Assembly (NCBI GenBank): GCA_030167865.1
Contig: JALAGF010001691.1
Location: 1 to 63,563 of the forward strand
Length of the DNA stretch: 63,563 nucleotides
DNA from: Craspedostauros australis
Taxonomy: Eukaryota
Reading direction: 5' to 3'
The translations under genes and the position numbers were made by a program. Below, piece by piece: positions 1 through 13,039 of this stretch (position 1 is its first letter; each line of letters begins with the position of its first letter). Under the pieces are notes generated by a model. That model saw only the letters and a list, made by a program, of their open reading frames with translations, did not search any database and was not told the DNA's origin.

Positions 1-2
1 AC

Positions 3-603
3 AGCGCGAGCCCAGTCACCCATTGCGCCACCAACTTGGCGCGTTACAGGCGAACAGAGAGGCATAGCAAACTTAAGCTGAACTCTGGTGCTCACCTGAG
101 AGAGGATGACTACAGTTCGTCCGATGACGAGTGCACATTTTCCCGTCCTGCTCCTGTTCGCATGACGATTGCTCGTGGTCGCAAAGCTACCGGATCAGGG
201 CATTCTGCAAAGGTAAGTGTTGTCAATACCGGTTTCGTCTTCTGTTCTTCACAACTCCCACTTGTTCACTCACACATCCTTGCGTTGTTGCTTTTTCACT
301 GCGCAGTACGCTCGTCAACCATCTCGTGTGACTGTTGGTTCGATGGACATGCCTGCTCGTGCTTCCCGCCGCGCGGCTGCTCGCAGACGTGCTCGTCACG
401 CTGATATTCCTGACCCCGTCGTGGTGCCTTCCACTGTTCTCTCCAGCGCCAGCAACCAGCGTTGCACCAAAGTCAGGCGCAGGAAGCGTGTGCCCGAGTT
501 GATTAAGATTGACTGCGAGTCAGACAGCGACGGCCAGGAGGAGGTCAACCTGCCATCGGCGAGCCTCAAGAGTGAGGGGGACGAGACCACACAGACTGAG
601 TAA
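3..603 (+). CDS. 3' end of a spliced gene for a low-complexity (Arg/Ser/acidic) hypothetical protein; exons <3..212 and 307..603
   Basis: Frame open from position 3 to AAG|GTAAGT at 212/213. A pyrimidine-rich acceptor TTTTTCACTGCGCAG ends at 306 and joins in phase 0 to the 217..603 ORF (YARQPSRV...TQTE*). No family recognised. Confidence 0.5.
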
Positions 604-1996
604 GAGTGGAGCAAGTCCCATGCAGCACGAACAACCAACATAACATAACTAGTGACCAACCGTAATACCATGTTCACACTACGTCGATGAACTGTCTATG
701 GGAGTACCTTCTAGATTGTGAACATGTTATACGATGACTACTTGGACTACCAATGGAGTCCCATCGGAAAACGACGCCGAAAACGTATTTACCGCGCTTC
801 CCAAGGCGCGCAATCTTCCGTCCATCCATTCCTTTGCTCCTCTGCTCGTTCTTCTTGCTTCCGGCTCACCACCACGAGGGTGTTCGCGGCACAAATACGC
901 GATCTTTCGATTTTGTTCTGTTCTTCTTCCTCCAACTGTTCTCGCGTCCATCCGCTGCCTCCTGCTCTTTGTCTGAGGGAGAAACCGAGCCAGAACATCC
1001 ATGTCAACGAAACTGCGCGCACTTTGGTATCCAAAGCAGCTGACACCAATCCCGCAACGTCTTCAATCACTTGCAACAAATTGACAGGTGGCCAGACGGA
1101 CGCTGCACATCAAATCGCATCAACCGACAACAGAACAAACAGGAGGAGGTAGAGCGCGAAGTACGATCTAGAGAAGTCTACTGCTACCATCCAAGCACCG
1201 TCTCATGCGAGCAGGTTGTACCCTCACCGACGTTCTTGCGCCAAGACGAGCAATCTCATGCGTTGGGACCTCGTGCGTATGAGCAGCGAGTGATGTGTCT
1301 GTTCCGATACCACCACCATCGCTGTTGTAGGATCGTTGTGTTGCCCGAATCCACTCTCCTCTATTCTAATAAAATATCATCGCTGTCACCAGCATCGCCG
1401 AACGATACCATTCTTCGGAACATGTACTTACTACGTGTATACGAGCCACGGTCCAAGGACACATCCATGCAATCATCATGTCACCACGGGATAGAGACAG
1501 AGATTGAAAGGACAAGTCCGGATAGAGAGCACGGTGCAATTGCGAGAATTCTGATGGATCCAATCTTGTGACACTTTTCTTGAAACTCTGTTCTTTGTGG
1601 CAACGCACGAAGGGAGCGTTCGCACGCAAAGTATCGAAGGGCTCCCCTCTTGACACACGATCTTTGGGATACCGCTTGCTGTTGGTGTCGACAGAGCAAC
1701 TCGCAGGTTGTTACGCCCCCCATACAACGTCAAAACATGAAGCCAGAGCATCGCGGACAGAATTTTTGGTGCAACTGCAACAGCATCTTTCAATTCTCAG
1801 ACGAGTTCGCAGAAGTGCTGATGGAAGCTTCACTACTCGACACCATTTGAGTGTTTGCCCATGTGTATGCCATGGTATGGATGGCGCGGTATGTTATTAT
1901 ACCCTGGAACCAGCGCGAGCATGAGCACAAAGTACCATACGGATGGAGTGAAGCGTTGTGCTCTGTGCCATTCTATCATCTCGCTTTTGCCCTCTC

Positions 1997-2851
1997 TCAT
2001 GCCTCGATGGCCGACGGATCTCTCGTGAGCAGGAACAGGGTGCCTGCATTACCACGTCCGACCCGAAAGTCGTCGTCAATGTACGACGTCTCCAACCAAC
2101 CGCTGTCGGTGGTTCCGCGGACCTTCGCAAGAATCGCAAACAACCAGCCCAGGTTGATCACGAATCCGTTGTTCAGCGTGATCTCGCAAGTGTCGAACGT
2201 GACGACCGCCCGGTTGTCCACGTTATCCGACACGCGGTACCTCCCGCCAACAACCACCTTGCCAAAGTCCAGATCGACCTTGTTGGTCACGCGGCTCTGC
2301 ACCACGTCAAATATCTGCTTCGTCTCCTTGTTGGACGTGTCCACCTTGAGGCCAGCGGCGCTCACAGCTCCCTTGTTGCTGTATGCTTTGCTCGGCACGG
2401 AGCCACCATCCGTGAAGTCTTCCACCTTGTACACGTCTTCTCCTTGCGCGATGGAGTACGGCGCCGTGTACTTGAGGTACCACGTGCCATCAAGGAATTG
2501 CATCGCCGTGGCTTCGTCGGTCAGCAGCTTGGGTGGGATGGGTGTTTTCGTCGCCTTCGTTTCCAGCTGTCGCACCAAGCTCAGCACCTTCTGTTGCGTT
2601 TCCATCGATGCATCCTTGCCGTTGTTGGTGAACGATGCTGCATCCCAGAGTTCTTGCTTCGTCTGCGAAAGGATCTTACTCTTGCCACCACCGACGACAC
2701 TTCGCCCAGCCATTGCATTCTGGAACGGATTGGGAATGTCGAATGCGGTCACAGGGCGGGACGCAAGAATCAATGCCAATGCCAACGGCAACAGTCGCAG
2801 TATCGTTACTTGTCGTCTCGTTGTCTTTGTCATTGTCGGTGTCGTGGTCAT
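1997..2851 (-). CDS. Plastid lipid-associated protein (PAP)/fibrillin family protein, bipartite plastid targeting
   Basis: Hydrophobic signal LLPLALALILAS then VTA-FDIP ('AF' cleavage motif). Fibrillin hallmarks: VLSLVRQLE, LDGTWYLKYT, Q-I-F-D, GWLETSYIDDDFRVGRGNAGTLFLL. Start is ATG 2851 or 2833. Confidence 0.9.
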   Translation of the reverse strand: MTTTPTMTKTTRRQVTILRLLPLALALILASRPVTAFDIPNPFQNAMAGRSVVGGGKSKILSQTKQELWDAASFTNNGKDASMETQQKVLSLVRQLETKATKTPIPPKLLTDEATAMQFLDGTWYLKYTAPYSIAQGEDVYKVEDFTDGGSVPSKAYSNKGAVSAAGLKVDTSNKETKQIFDVVQSRVTNKVDLDFGKVVVGGRYRVSDNVDNRAVVTFDTCEITLNNGFVINLGWLFAILAKVRGTTDSGWLETSYIDDDFRVGRGNAGTLFLLTRDPSAIEA

Positions 2852-3813
2852 CGTCAGTACTTCCTCTTGCACTGTGTGGTCTCGTTGGATATTCTACAAT
2901 ACAAGCTATGGGGATTGCAGGAACGTATTACTATGAGCTAGTGCTGTGCGCACGAGCAAGCGTGTGCTGTTGCTGTTGCTGTTGTTGTTGCCATGACGAT
3001 CGGCATGTTGTTGTGCTGTGCTGTGCTGTGTTCTGTCGTTTTGGGTCCTTCTGTTACTGCTCGCTTCGTTGGCGCTTTGCGCGACGCAAATGATGCGTTG
3101 TTGTGATGGCGTGTCGCGACAAAGGAGGTCTGAAGAAGTCCTGTTGATTGTCTCAAACCATCTTTCCAATTCGATGTTGATGACGTCATAGCAAAGAAAC
3201 TCCAAACAAATGGCCTTCATAAAACCGTGAAACAACGTCAAATAACGTCCGCGCAACAACAACTGTTCGACTGAATCGATCTTTGATTAGTTCTTCAAAA
3301 GAACAGATAACTATTATATTACCGCAATGTGTGAAATACGTCGCATCATGGTTTTGGGCTTCTGTTGATGTCGTTGTGTGGCTTCAGTCGGATTCCCACC
3401 AGTCACCAATCCGTGGACTCGTGGTTCCAAAGGTTAAGTGTGACGGATGAGCGTTGTTCACCCAGAATCAGTCACAGTGCGGACAATTTCGCTGTGCTGT
3501 TTTCGCCACACCCGTTTTTGCGCAGCAACCGGCACGCACAAGTGTGGGTGTGTGACGGTGTGTGTTTGTCGGAGGCGAAAGTGAAAGTGCGTTGCGCGTG
3601 ATGGGGAGGAAGTCATTGATCCCTCATAAAATCAAGAAACAAACAAATCGACGACAACCACACCACAACAAGAACACTGCACAGCAGCACACGATCTCTC
3701 CAAACCAGTACCAGTCAATCCATCAACAAGCAAGCAACAAGCAAGCAACTCACCAGTACAAACCAACCAACCAACTGACTCTCCAGCGAACAGACAACAA
3801 AAATACAAACAGA

Positions 3814-5109
3814 ATGGCCATCGGAATGAAGAATCAGACATCCAACAACGATTCACCAGCAACCATGTCCAAGAGCCCCGCACAGAAGATTATCGCCAAG
3901 CTGGAGAACAGCACTGCCGGAATCGACGCGGATGCCGCGGCATCCACCCCGGCGCTGTTTGCTCCGTTCGTTGCGGATGCATCGGCGAAGCCGGTCACCT
4001 TCCAATCCATCCAGCGAAGACGTTCCCGTCGCAAGCGTCCCAGCCGCAAGAGCAGCAACCGCCAAGGCAAGGCCGAGTGCCAAAAGCGCAGCCTGTCGGA
4101 GCAGCTCCAGCTCATCATCAACCGACTCAATCCAACAGAAACAAACGCAAACAGCGGCGAAGGAGCGACGGACGAATACAACGAACTCATCAACTCCACC
4201 AAATCGCACTTGAAGACCTCGCATGTTCCAGCCGCGGCGCATGGAGCTGACGCCGATGACGACAATGTTACTGACGCTGCCGCCGCTGCATCGCCGGAAG
4301 AGGCAGAACCGGCCATCGATGCCCGCGCAGAGGAGATGCGCAACGCGGCAACCAAAATACAGAGTCTGGCCCGCCGATGCAAGGCCCAGCATCAGTACCA
4401 AACGCGCAAGCGCATCCAGCAAATTCAGGTGCAGCTCGATGATATGCCAAACAAAATTCAACAGGACCGCGACGAGCTGCGCCAATTCTTTAAAAGCAAA
4501 AAGGAGGAGCTCCTCAAGAGGATGCAGGCATCCGTCGCCGACATGCGCTGCAAACCAGCCGACAATTCCGCCACCATCATCGCGTATCTGAGGCGCAACA
4601 ACGCACAACTTCGAAATCTGCAGAGCGAACTAAAGAAGGGCATCGTGGCCCTCCGGGCGGAGCATGCGGCACTGAAACGTGAGAACGACGTTATCCGCAA
4701 CTGCTTCACCGAGGTCGAGGAGGTCGCCAAGAACCTGATGAAGGAGAACAAGTCTCTCAAGGCGACCGAAAAGAAGTTTCGCACTCAGCTGAGAAGGAAA
4801 TACAAGCAGCAGCTGTGGCGTCAGGAACTCCACCTGCGATCGGAAGAAACGCAGAACGCACTGTACAAGAAATGCCTGGGACGCATCGTGCACCACGTGA
4901 CCAGGCACGAGGCCATCGCCAACCGCAAGCCACGCAGAGCCAGCGATCAGCCTATCGTCTTTGAACTCAGCGATCTTGTCTCCGCCCAACCCAATCGCAC
5001 CACCCCTATCGCACCTCGTGACGACGATAGCAGAAGAATGAGCGACCGCAGCAGCTCCAGCAGCATATACGAATACGACTCGTGCACTGACGAATCGGAT
5101 GACGAGTAA
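3814..5109 (+). CDS. IQ-motif (calmodulin-binding) coiled-coil protein
   Basis: Single ORF of about 430 aa from ATG 3814. IQ motif AATKIQSLARRCKAQHQY, then a long heptad coiled coil and an acidic C-terminus. Confidence 0.75.
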   Translation: MAIGMKNQTSNNDSPATMSKSPAQKIIAKLENSTAGIDADAAASTPALFAPFVADASAKPVTFQSIQRRRSRRKRPSRKSSNRQGKAECQKRSLSEQLQLIINRLNPTETNANSGEGATDEYNELINSTKSHLKTSHVPAAAHGADADDDNVTDAAAAASPEEAEPAIDARAEEMRNAATKIQSLARRCKAQHQYQTRKRIQQIQVQLDDMPNKIQQDRDELRQFFKSKKEELLKRMQASVADMRCKPADNSATIIAYLRRNNAQLRNLQSELKKGIVALRAEHAALKRENDVIRNCFTEVEEVAKNLMKENKSLKATEKKFRTQLRRKYKQQLWRQELHLRSEETQNALYKKCLGRIVHHVTRHEAIANRKPRRASDQPIVFELSDLVSAQPNRTTPIAPRDDDSRRMSDRSSSSSIYEYDSCTDESDDE

Positions 5110-5489
5110 TTGCAGAATGAAATGAACTCGAATGGCGTGCAGGATGAGACGGCAACGAATGCCTCCGATCACTTGCAATGTATTCTATATTATTAGTAAT
5201 AGCACATATAGTACTGGAGTGCATCAACAAACTTGCATTGTGTACAATAAATGAAATCAATAGCCAACGCCAATGCAAAGTTGCACCCGTGCGCGGAGTC
5301 AAACTAGAATCAGTCGATGCTGGATCCACGAGCATGGACCATACATGTGCTGTAACATGCAAGCAAACTCATCCTTCACTCGTGCATCACCGTCGCCATC
5401 TCCATCCAACCGTCGAATGGATCAAACAATACAGTTTCATTGCATAGTGTTGTCGTGAATGCAGATACTATTACAATACTCTGTACGAG

Positions 5490-8400
5490 TTAGAAGTTCA
5501 AACGATTCTTTGAGGATGCCAGACGCCTGCGGCGACGTTGCGCGGGTGTTGAAGCTTCGCTGCGAGCGCTGTCCGGAGTACGGCCATTGCGCATTCGTCC
5601 TGCTGCGGCATGAGATTCTGACGGCGAAGAGAGCTGGAGTTGCCGTGGGGTTATCGGGGCTCTCCAAGCCCTCGTACGATCGGTGTGGCCGTCTCTGCTG
5701 CCGCTGCCGCTTCTGCTGCTGCGCGAGCTCGAGGGTGAAGCGAGCAGTGCCCTCATCTCAGAGCTGGTTCCTCGTGATGTCCTGGATATTGCTTTCTTCC
5801 TCTTCATGGGTGCGAAACCGTACTTCGTCGTGCGCCGAATGAGGTTGGACACAGACAGAACAGACTCCGGCGAAGAGTACTCCGAAGTTTTGAACAGCCC
5901 GTCGTCAGCAGCGTTACCGGCGTCGTCGTTGTCGTCATCTTCGTATTCGTCACCATCGTTGCCCTGTATACGCCGTTGGTCATAGACTGATGAATTGCGT
6001 GTTGCTGATGCGTACGGTGATTCCGCAGCTTGGAGGAGGACCACGCCGTCGCCATCCTCGTCGCCATCATCTGCTTCGGCGTAATGCTTGTGGCCATCAT
6101 CATAGGGTTGACCGCGGCCATCTTCCTCATCGTCATCGTCATCTTCATCTACGCCATCATCATTCTGACTATCGTAGCCGCCATAGTCGTTTTGTCCATC
6201 GCGACGAAGCTTTTTGAACAAGCTGGGCAGGCTGCGGATCGTCGTAGCGGTGCGCTTGGCGAAGGATGATGTCTCGGAGACAAATGATGAAAGCAGAGAC
6301 ACTTGATCGTTGCTGTTGTCCGAGGCCGAAGAATTGTCGGAGGATGAAGAGTAGTAGGAGGATGAATCGTCCGAGCTGGATGCATCGGACTGGACCATAT
6401 CATCGCAGTCGTCGCGGTCATCGTCCTTGTCAGAGTTGTCAAGACCGTCGCCGCCACTCGGTGCTTTCTCCTTGCCATGATGATTAAAGCCCGCCAGCCG
6501 GACTTCAACTCCGCTGGCGGCCGCATCGTCACTAGCAGCTTTGGCATCATACGCTTCGGCCATTTTATCAAACAAGGTCGATGGCGCCCCTTCTTTGCCT
6601 GATCCACTTGACGACGTTTCTCCGGATGACTCCGTCTCGAAGGTGTTTGGCGATTTCAAATGTGGTCCAAAGTCGATGGACACCTTGCCGTGCTCCTTCT
6701 TCTTGGCTTGGAGGGACCATTCGTCTGTGTCATCGTAGAACTCGGACATGTACTTCTTGTACTCCTCAAACTCCTTTGCCGTGTTTGCTGCCTTCGACTT
6801 CTTCTTCGTCACCAATCCGTTGTACAAGGCAGCTCGTGTGGACCACATGACGAATACACAGATGGTCATCGCCAGAAGGCAGACCCAGATGCATGTCAAA
6901 GCTGCCCCATTGCCGCCAGTGCAGAGGTCACCCAGTGACACCCTTCTCAGGAAAGGGCTTACCTCGTGGCATGCTGTCCAGTCGTTCATCTGCATCACCG
7001 CGCGATCGATATCTCGAAGCTGCTGCGCGGTGTCCTGAATGGAGGTTGGCAACGTCGCAAGGTCGGACTGGCAGAGAGCACCGAGAAGATTCAGCGTTGG
7101 ATTGTTTTCTCCTGCAAATCCATCTGACAGCGTGTCGGCAAGGACCAGAGTGTTCGAGATCTGTGCCCTCAATGGCCCATAGAGATGTTCTGTGGGATTT
7201 TCCGTGAGGCATGCCTGTATTATCGAAGGCCATGAAAATCGTTCGATCGTTTGATCGATCGATCGATCGAGAGAGAGAGAGAGAGAGAGAGACGAATAGG
7301 GCAGCAACGCAACGTTGAGTGCTTGGATCGTCGTTTCAACACAGTTCAACAATTGGTCCGACGCTGCAGAGTGCTATGCCTTCGAAGCGATTGTGTGATT
7401 CACATCCAATGGCAATCCGCACACGAGCACACGAGCACACAGATATATACATATACAGGCATACACGCACATGCACGTGACACTCACACTTGAAAAGTAC
7501 TGGAAGTACTCGAGCACTGCATCGCCATGGGCATCGACTTTGGACCTGTCGAGACTTCCGTAACGATTGAGGAGGATCGCATCCTCGATGGTACCGGCTG
7601 GGCTTCCGATCCCATCACCACCGGCGCAAAAGTCGGCATTGAGCGTGCTGCTGACACCGAAGAAGGTTGTTGCGCCGATCAGCATGACAGTGGTTCCCAT
7701 GAAGAGCGGGAGCAGCACGTACGATGTATACGCTCTGGTTGCGGCGTGCATGATGTTGTTCTTCGTGAAGACATAGCACACCCCCAGCAGAAGGAACGTG
7801 ATCACGTTCAAGACCATGAGGAAGAACTTGAGCTTCCAGTCATTGTCACGGCTCCAATCGATGGCATCGTTGACATGACCTGTAGCAGTGAGGATCATAT
7901 CCACCGGGGTGCGGGAGAATTGGTGGAGGGCCAGCAGTTCCTTGACCTCCTGCGTCTCGTGGACGAGGATGTCCAATTGGTGAAGGAGGGTGCGAAAGTT
8001 GGCAACACCATCGGTTCCATCGTCAGTATCGACTGCGGCAGCTGCCGTACACCACGCATCCGCATCGTTGAATTTCACATCGAATGTGTTCCTCGTCAGG
8101 AAAGTGTTGCTCTTCGAGGAAAGGCGCTTCAGTATGCTGACGCCTCTGAATGCCCAGGCCTCGATGTCATAGCTCAGGACTTCGATTTCGTCCCACGTGG
8201 ATGCCAGGCGGAATAGACCAAACCGCACAAGCAGCGTGGATGCCACGGGAACCATGAATGCTGCCACGAGGAACGCTGATTGAGTTCGCCAACTTCGCAG
8301 GATTCGCTTTTTTCGTTCGTTTCGCTTGATACCCGCCTTCGACAGCCGCATGATGTCTATGCGTCCTCCACCGGCGGCGCAGCCAGCTCGTTTGACTCCG

Positions 8401-9101
8401 CACGATTTGAATAAGATCAGGATGAGACCCCAGATCACAAACAACGTGAGCACGAAGGTGTGGAAGTCCTTGATCCCATTCGTGTATTCAAGTTGCACTG
8501 ACTTGTGCGAGGATGAGAGCTTCGCGATGCGATCGGAATGTCCGAAGCGTGGTACGTTGTGAATCTTCTTCATGTGCCATGCCTTTCATTTTCCGTTTGC
8601 ATTGATTGGTTTATTTTTGATTTCGTGCATCGCGTTGTATCGTAATTCATTGCAGTGCATTTCCATGATTGCGCATGTGCACGTGCGCGAGAGTACGGGA
8701 CGTCGGAACCAATTCCCCAACGCAACGAGATTGTGGTGAGGGGCACAAGCGAGCGAGCGTGGAAGTGATGACGGACGTAACAGTGATGAAAAATGCGTGA
8801 GTATCTGTGTATTCACCTCACCGCCTGAGCACATCGGTATCACACTTCATGTTTGTTTTCACGGATGAACTTGACAAGAATGGCGCCCACGCGATTGCGG
8901 CTGCTATTACGATTGCTCTCTCACAAAACTCACCAGCTCAAAATCCGCAGTCTCGTACGAGTCTGGCCCATTCCCGATGGCATGGCCATGTGCGGCGGAG
9001 ATATAGGTGATGGATGTATCCACAGGCATCGCTTCAATGACGTCATCGAAGCTGTTGCTGGTGAAACCATCATGCGTGCTCGTGGCTTCGTGGAGTGCCA
9101 T
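5490..9101 (-). CDS. Tweety-like multi-pass membrane protein with long acidic/Ser-rich C-terminal tail (about 995 aa); exons 9101..8934, 8582..7488, 7214..5490
   Basis: Donors CTG|GTGAGT (8933) and AGT|GTGAGT (7487); acceptors AAAG (8583) and ACAG (7215); all phase 0 and in frame. Five hydrophobic segments, NADFCAGG motif (cf. the Tweety DFC motif) and extracellular cysteines. Clear paralogue at 10428..12574. Family name is inferred from motifs. Confidence 0.75.
7244..7292. repeat. (GATC)n + (GA)n microsatellite in an intron of the Tweety-like gene
   Basis: Directly visible tandem repeats. Confidence 0.9.
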
Positions 9102-10322
9102 CTTTTCTGTACGAGTATGGTAGAGGTGTCACTTCGGACAGAATTGCTCCCGAGATGCCGTCTCTTCCGTACGTCGTTACTCGGCGCAGGATACGGTGTG
9201 GCTTGTGCTCTCTATCGTGTGCTCATCCGAATTGATGGGGAGATGAGTGACGATTTTGTCGATGGTTGCAAATCTGATAGTTTCGAGGTTGCGACGATGC
9301 CGCTCGTATGATTTCGCTGCGATGTTGTCACTCCGTTACCACCGTCGTTGTCGTCGTCGTTGTCGTCGTCGTCGATGCCGTTTGCAGTTGTCTTTCTCTT
9401 GATTCTGCTTGTTGGGAATACGTTTGCGTCAGCCTTGATGTATGATATGTGGTGTTTGGTGTTTGAAGGCGTTTGGGATCATTTCGATGGTGCACAACAG
9501 GTCGCTGCTGTTGTGATGCGATCGCCTCCTCGTTCCTTCGTTCGAACATGTTTGTGCTTGCTCCTCCCTGTGAACCACCGGCAACAGCACGAACCACATC
9601 GAGAACGACCAATCAACGAACTTGATGATGGTGGTGATGGGAATGGGTGTGGTCTGCATGTTTTGTTTTCATCCAAAAGGTGGCTGCAGTTTTGCCAATT
9701 CAAAATTCAAATCTTTTCGTGTCGAGTCCATCGAGTCAAATACATGTGTCGTTCTGCGATTATTACAGTTACTCCAGCTCTGAATACGGCATAATGATAG
9801 ATACGACGCACGGAATAACGGTCACAAATTGGGATCGCCATCTCGCCTCGTCTCACACAATAGTCGCCAAAATCTTCAACAACAACGAAACAACAAAACA
9901 ACAAAACAACAAGAAAGCAACAACCTCCAGCCACATGATGTCGCGGTGTTCATTGGAGATGTGCCTGTCCACGCAGTTCGGACGCAATCATCAACTTTAT
10001 CAACAAGGAACAACAGTCCGCAACGCACACAGCACGGCTAACACACGCATGAATTGCATGAAGGAAAGTCAATCAGAACACTCTGGAAGGGAGCCTGATC
10101 TTTGCTGATGCAATAATCGAGACTGCAAAGGAGAGATGGAGGACAGTCGAAGCGAGTCACAAAGCATCTCAATTGTAACGTAACAAGAGACATACAACAA
10201 CCACAGGGCACCACTTTCAAAGATACTCCGACACACCAACAAGAGACGCTGAACTTGAATGAATAGAAGAGGCAAGCATACAAACAAGCACAGACCGGAA
10301 GACAGAGGATAGAGGATATCGC

Positions 10323-10327
<5 letters not shown>

Positions 10328-10352
<25 letters not shown>
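10328..10352. repeat. (GA)n microsatellite just upstream of the + strand Tweety-like gene
   Basis: Directly visible. Confidence 0.9.
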
Positions 10353-10359
<7 letters not shown>

Positions 10360-10427
10360 ACCGCGATCGGAGCGTGCTGCATATCAAGGAATCAATTGGT
10401 CCATCGTCAACCAATCAAGCAAGCAAG

Positions 10428-12574
10428 ATGGGGAGCTCAGCCAACGCAACTGCGTTTTACCAGAGCATCATCGGGAGCAACCCTGAGGAGTACCAGACGG
10501 AGTACCAGCCGGTACGTTGGAGCAGCATTTGCCTCGGTCTGCACAGCAACGTGAAGAGACGAGATCGTGACGACCACATCGTCGGTGCACCACGAACTGA
10601 TAGTTTGTGTCGATAATGCCACGATGCAGGAGTGAAAAGGACCGTGCGCCGTGCTTCATGCTCGCCCCCTGTCGCAAATTCTCACACCACGTGATCCCCT
10701 CAAACCGCTGACATTGCTGGCATCAACACTTTCCACACTCCCCCACAACCTCACACACCCCGCAGGCCGACCTCATCGCGTCACTTCACGTCCTGCCGAG
10801 ATTCAGCCACACCGATGACTTCTCCCAGCTTTTCTCTAGCATGAGAACGGAGCAGAAGCATTACGGCCTGAGCCTCCTCTTCGTCGGTGTCTTGATTGTC
10901 AGCTTCTTCTTCGTATGGGGCTTCCTCATCTCGCTGTTCAAATGCCTGGGGAGAAAACGTGTGGGCGTCTTCAGCGGTCACCCATACGCGCGCGAAGGCT
11001 GCTTCTCCACAACGGGCCGAGCGATCTACCTGTTCAGCGCTCTCTGCGTTTTCGTCTTCTCCATCCTCATCACGACGCAGGGAGTTGCCGATCTCGATTT
11101 TGCGACGGACACCATCGACGCCACCAATCAGGACGTTGCCACAATCAGACTGAACCTGCTGGAGATCTCCACCAACCTCCAATCGGTGTCGCGCGACGCG
11201 TACCCGGTGCGAGATGAACTCGTCGACTTCTTGGAGATGGATGTCTGCCCGCTGCAACCCAACAGCCAGCTCGAGAGCGACATCCGTCAGATCAGCGCCT
11301 CCACATTGGCCGCCATGATCGATCTGGATAACTTCATCAACAATGAGCTCCTCGAGCTGGACAGCACGATGGAGGTGGTTGAAAGGGCCAACGAGGACAT
11401 CCAGAAGGGACTCGATCACACAAAGTTCACCGGCGGTGCCAGCGCTGCCATCCTCATCCCATACACCGTGATTCCATGCTTCTTCCTCGTCGCTCTCGCC
11501 TTGGGATGGTGCGGCTACTACTCCATCGGATTCTACGTCTTCCTGCAATGGGTGATTCTGCCGCTGTTCGTACTGATGGTGATATTCGCAGTTGGCGCGA
11601 CAGGCTTCTCTGCCGCCGCCGCCGAGGCCAACGCCGACTTTTGTTCTGGAGGACAGCATAATACGCCTGAGGGCAGCATCCAGAGAATCTTGTCCCAACA
11701 TGGCATCTCCACCAGTTCGTTCTACCACAAGATCGTCACGTTCTACTCCAACCAATGCCAAACGGATGAGGACCCATGGAACTTCCTCCAGGTGTACTAC
11801 GAACAATTGGTAAGTTCCCAAGCGCTTTGATACGATGGTGCCGATGACGATGGTGGGTTGCCACGCCTGGATGAGTGATTGTGTCACTACTGTTTCTCAC
11901 ATTTTGCTTCCATTCCCTTCTTCTCTGCTTCACCAATGATTCGTGACATATTCATGACATCAAATCCACAAACGACAAACACACACCACACACAATCCTT
12001 TGCATACCATCCTTGTGCACCATAGAACACCGCCAAGGCCAGGCTCGACTCTTTCACAGCGACCATCAACGACGCCACCGTCGAGCAGGTCTCGCAGGAA
12101 TGTGGACTGGACTACGACACCACGGTGCAGCTGATGAACCAGATGCAAGCCTACACAGAGATCCTGCTGGATTCATCCGGCCGCAGCCTTAGCTTGATGA
12201 GCTGCCAAAACATCGTCCCTCTGTACACGTCAACGGTGCATGACGGCGTGTGCGATCATGCTGTGCGCGGCGCCACGTGGGTCTTCTCCGGATTCTTCGT
12301 CATGGCATTCTTCGGCACAGTTATCTTGATGCTGCGAGGTGCCTACTACCCCATTTATTATTATGACTTTGATGAGAAGAGCCTCGGATACACGTCGTCC
12401 GAAGACGAGCAGATGAGGATGAGAGAAAGCCGCGATGATGTCGATGTCGATGACGATGGCATGTACGCTGGCAACGGCCAATCCGCGGGAGACGGACGTG
12501 GGTTCGTCGTGGAGGATGCCAGCGAGGAATACTTGGTCGAGGAGGAATCCATGACAACTGGCAATGAGAAGTAG
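10428..12574 (+). CDS. Tweety-like multi-pass membrane protein (about 558 aa); exons 10428..10511, 10766..11809, 12026..12574
   Basis: Donors CCG|GTACGT (10512) and TTG|GTAAGT (11810); acceptors CGCAG (10765) and CATAG (12025), in frame. Five TM segments, NADFCSGG, SCQNIVPLY...GVC followed by the last TM and an acidic tail. Confidence 0.8.
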
Positions 12575-13039
12575 GCCCGTTGCGTTGAGTTGCGTTGCGT
12601 CGAGTGGAGTCGTCACAGCAGTGACGACGACAACCACGACAGTCAGTGAACTGGATACATCGCGCAAGAAGAACAATACATTACATGTACTATTAGTTAT
12701 CATCAGTATTTTGTGATCAAGCACCTTCTTCAATTGCACTATCTCGATGACTCTGTTGATGTTTGTTGTTGCTTCACTTTGTCTCCATTCAATGCCTGTT
12801 GATTCGCCGATGGTCTACATTCAATGTCGATGGGCAATCGCGAACACATTTTAGTCCAACGAATCGTAAGTCGGTCTTCGCGCCATTTTTCCACCATTGC
12901 CAAAACAACACAACACAAAACCAAATAGAGCCACACAAAAATGCAACAACACAAAAACCAAATAGAGCGACACACAACACAACGCAACAAGCACCGGCTT
13001 GCATTCATCCCAGGAAACAACCGACACGACAGACGCATC

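Noticed and set aside
753-1850. One + frame with only three internal TGA stops (possible readthrough or pseudogene)
   Set aside because: The translation is not recognisable, the TGAs are not in redox motifs, and TAA/TAG are scarce throughout this window, so long spurious frames are common.
1851-2941. Long + strand ORFs (361 and 327 aa) overlapping the fibrillin gene
   Set aside because: Antisense shadows of a codon-biased CDS; no motifs.
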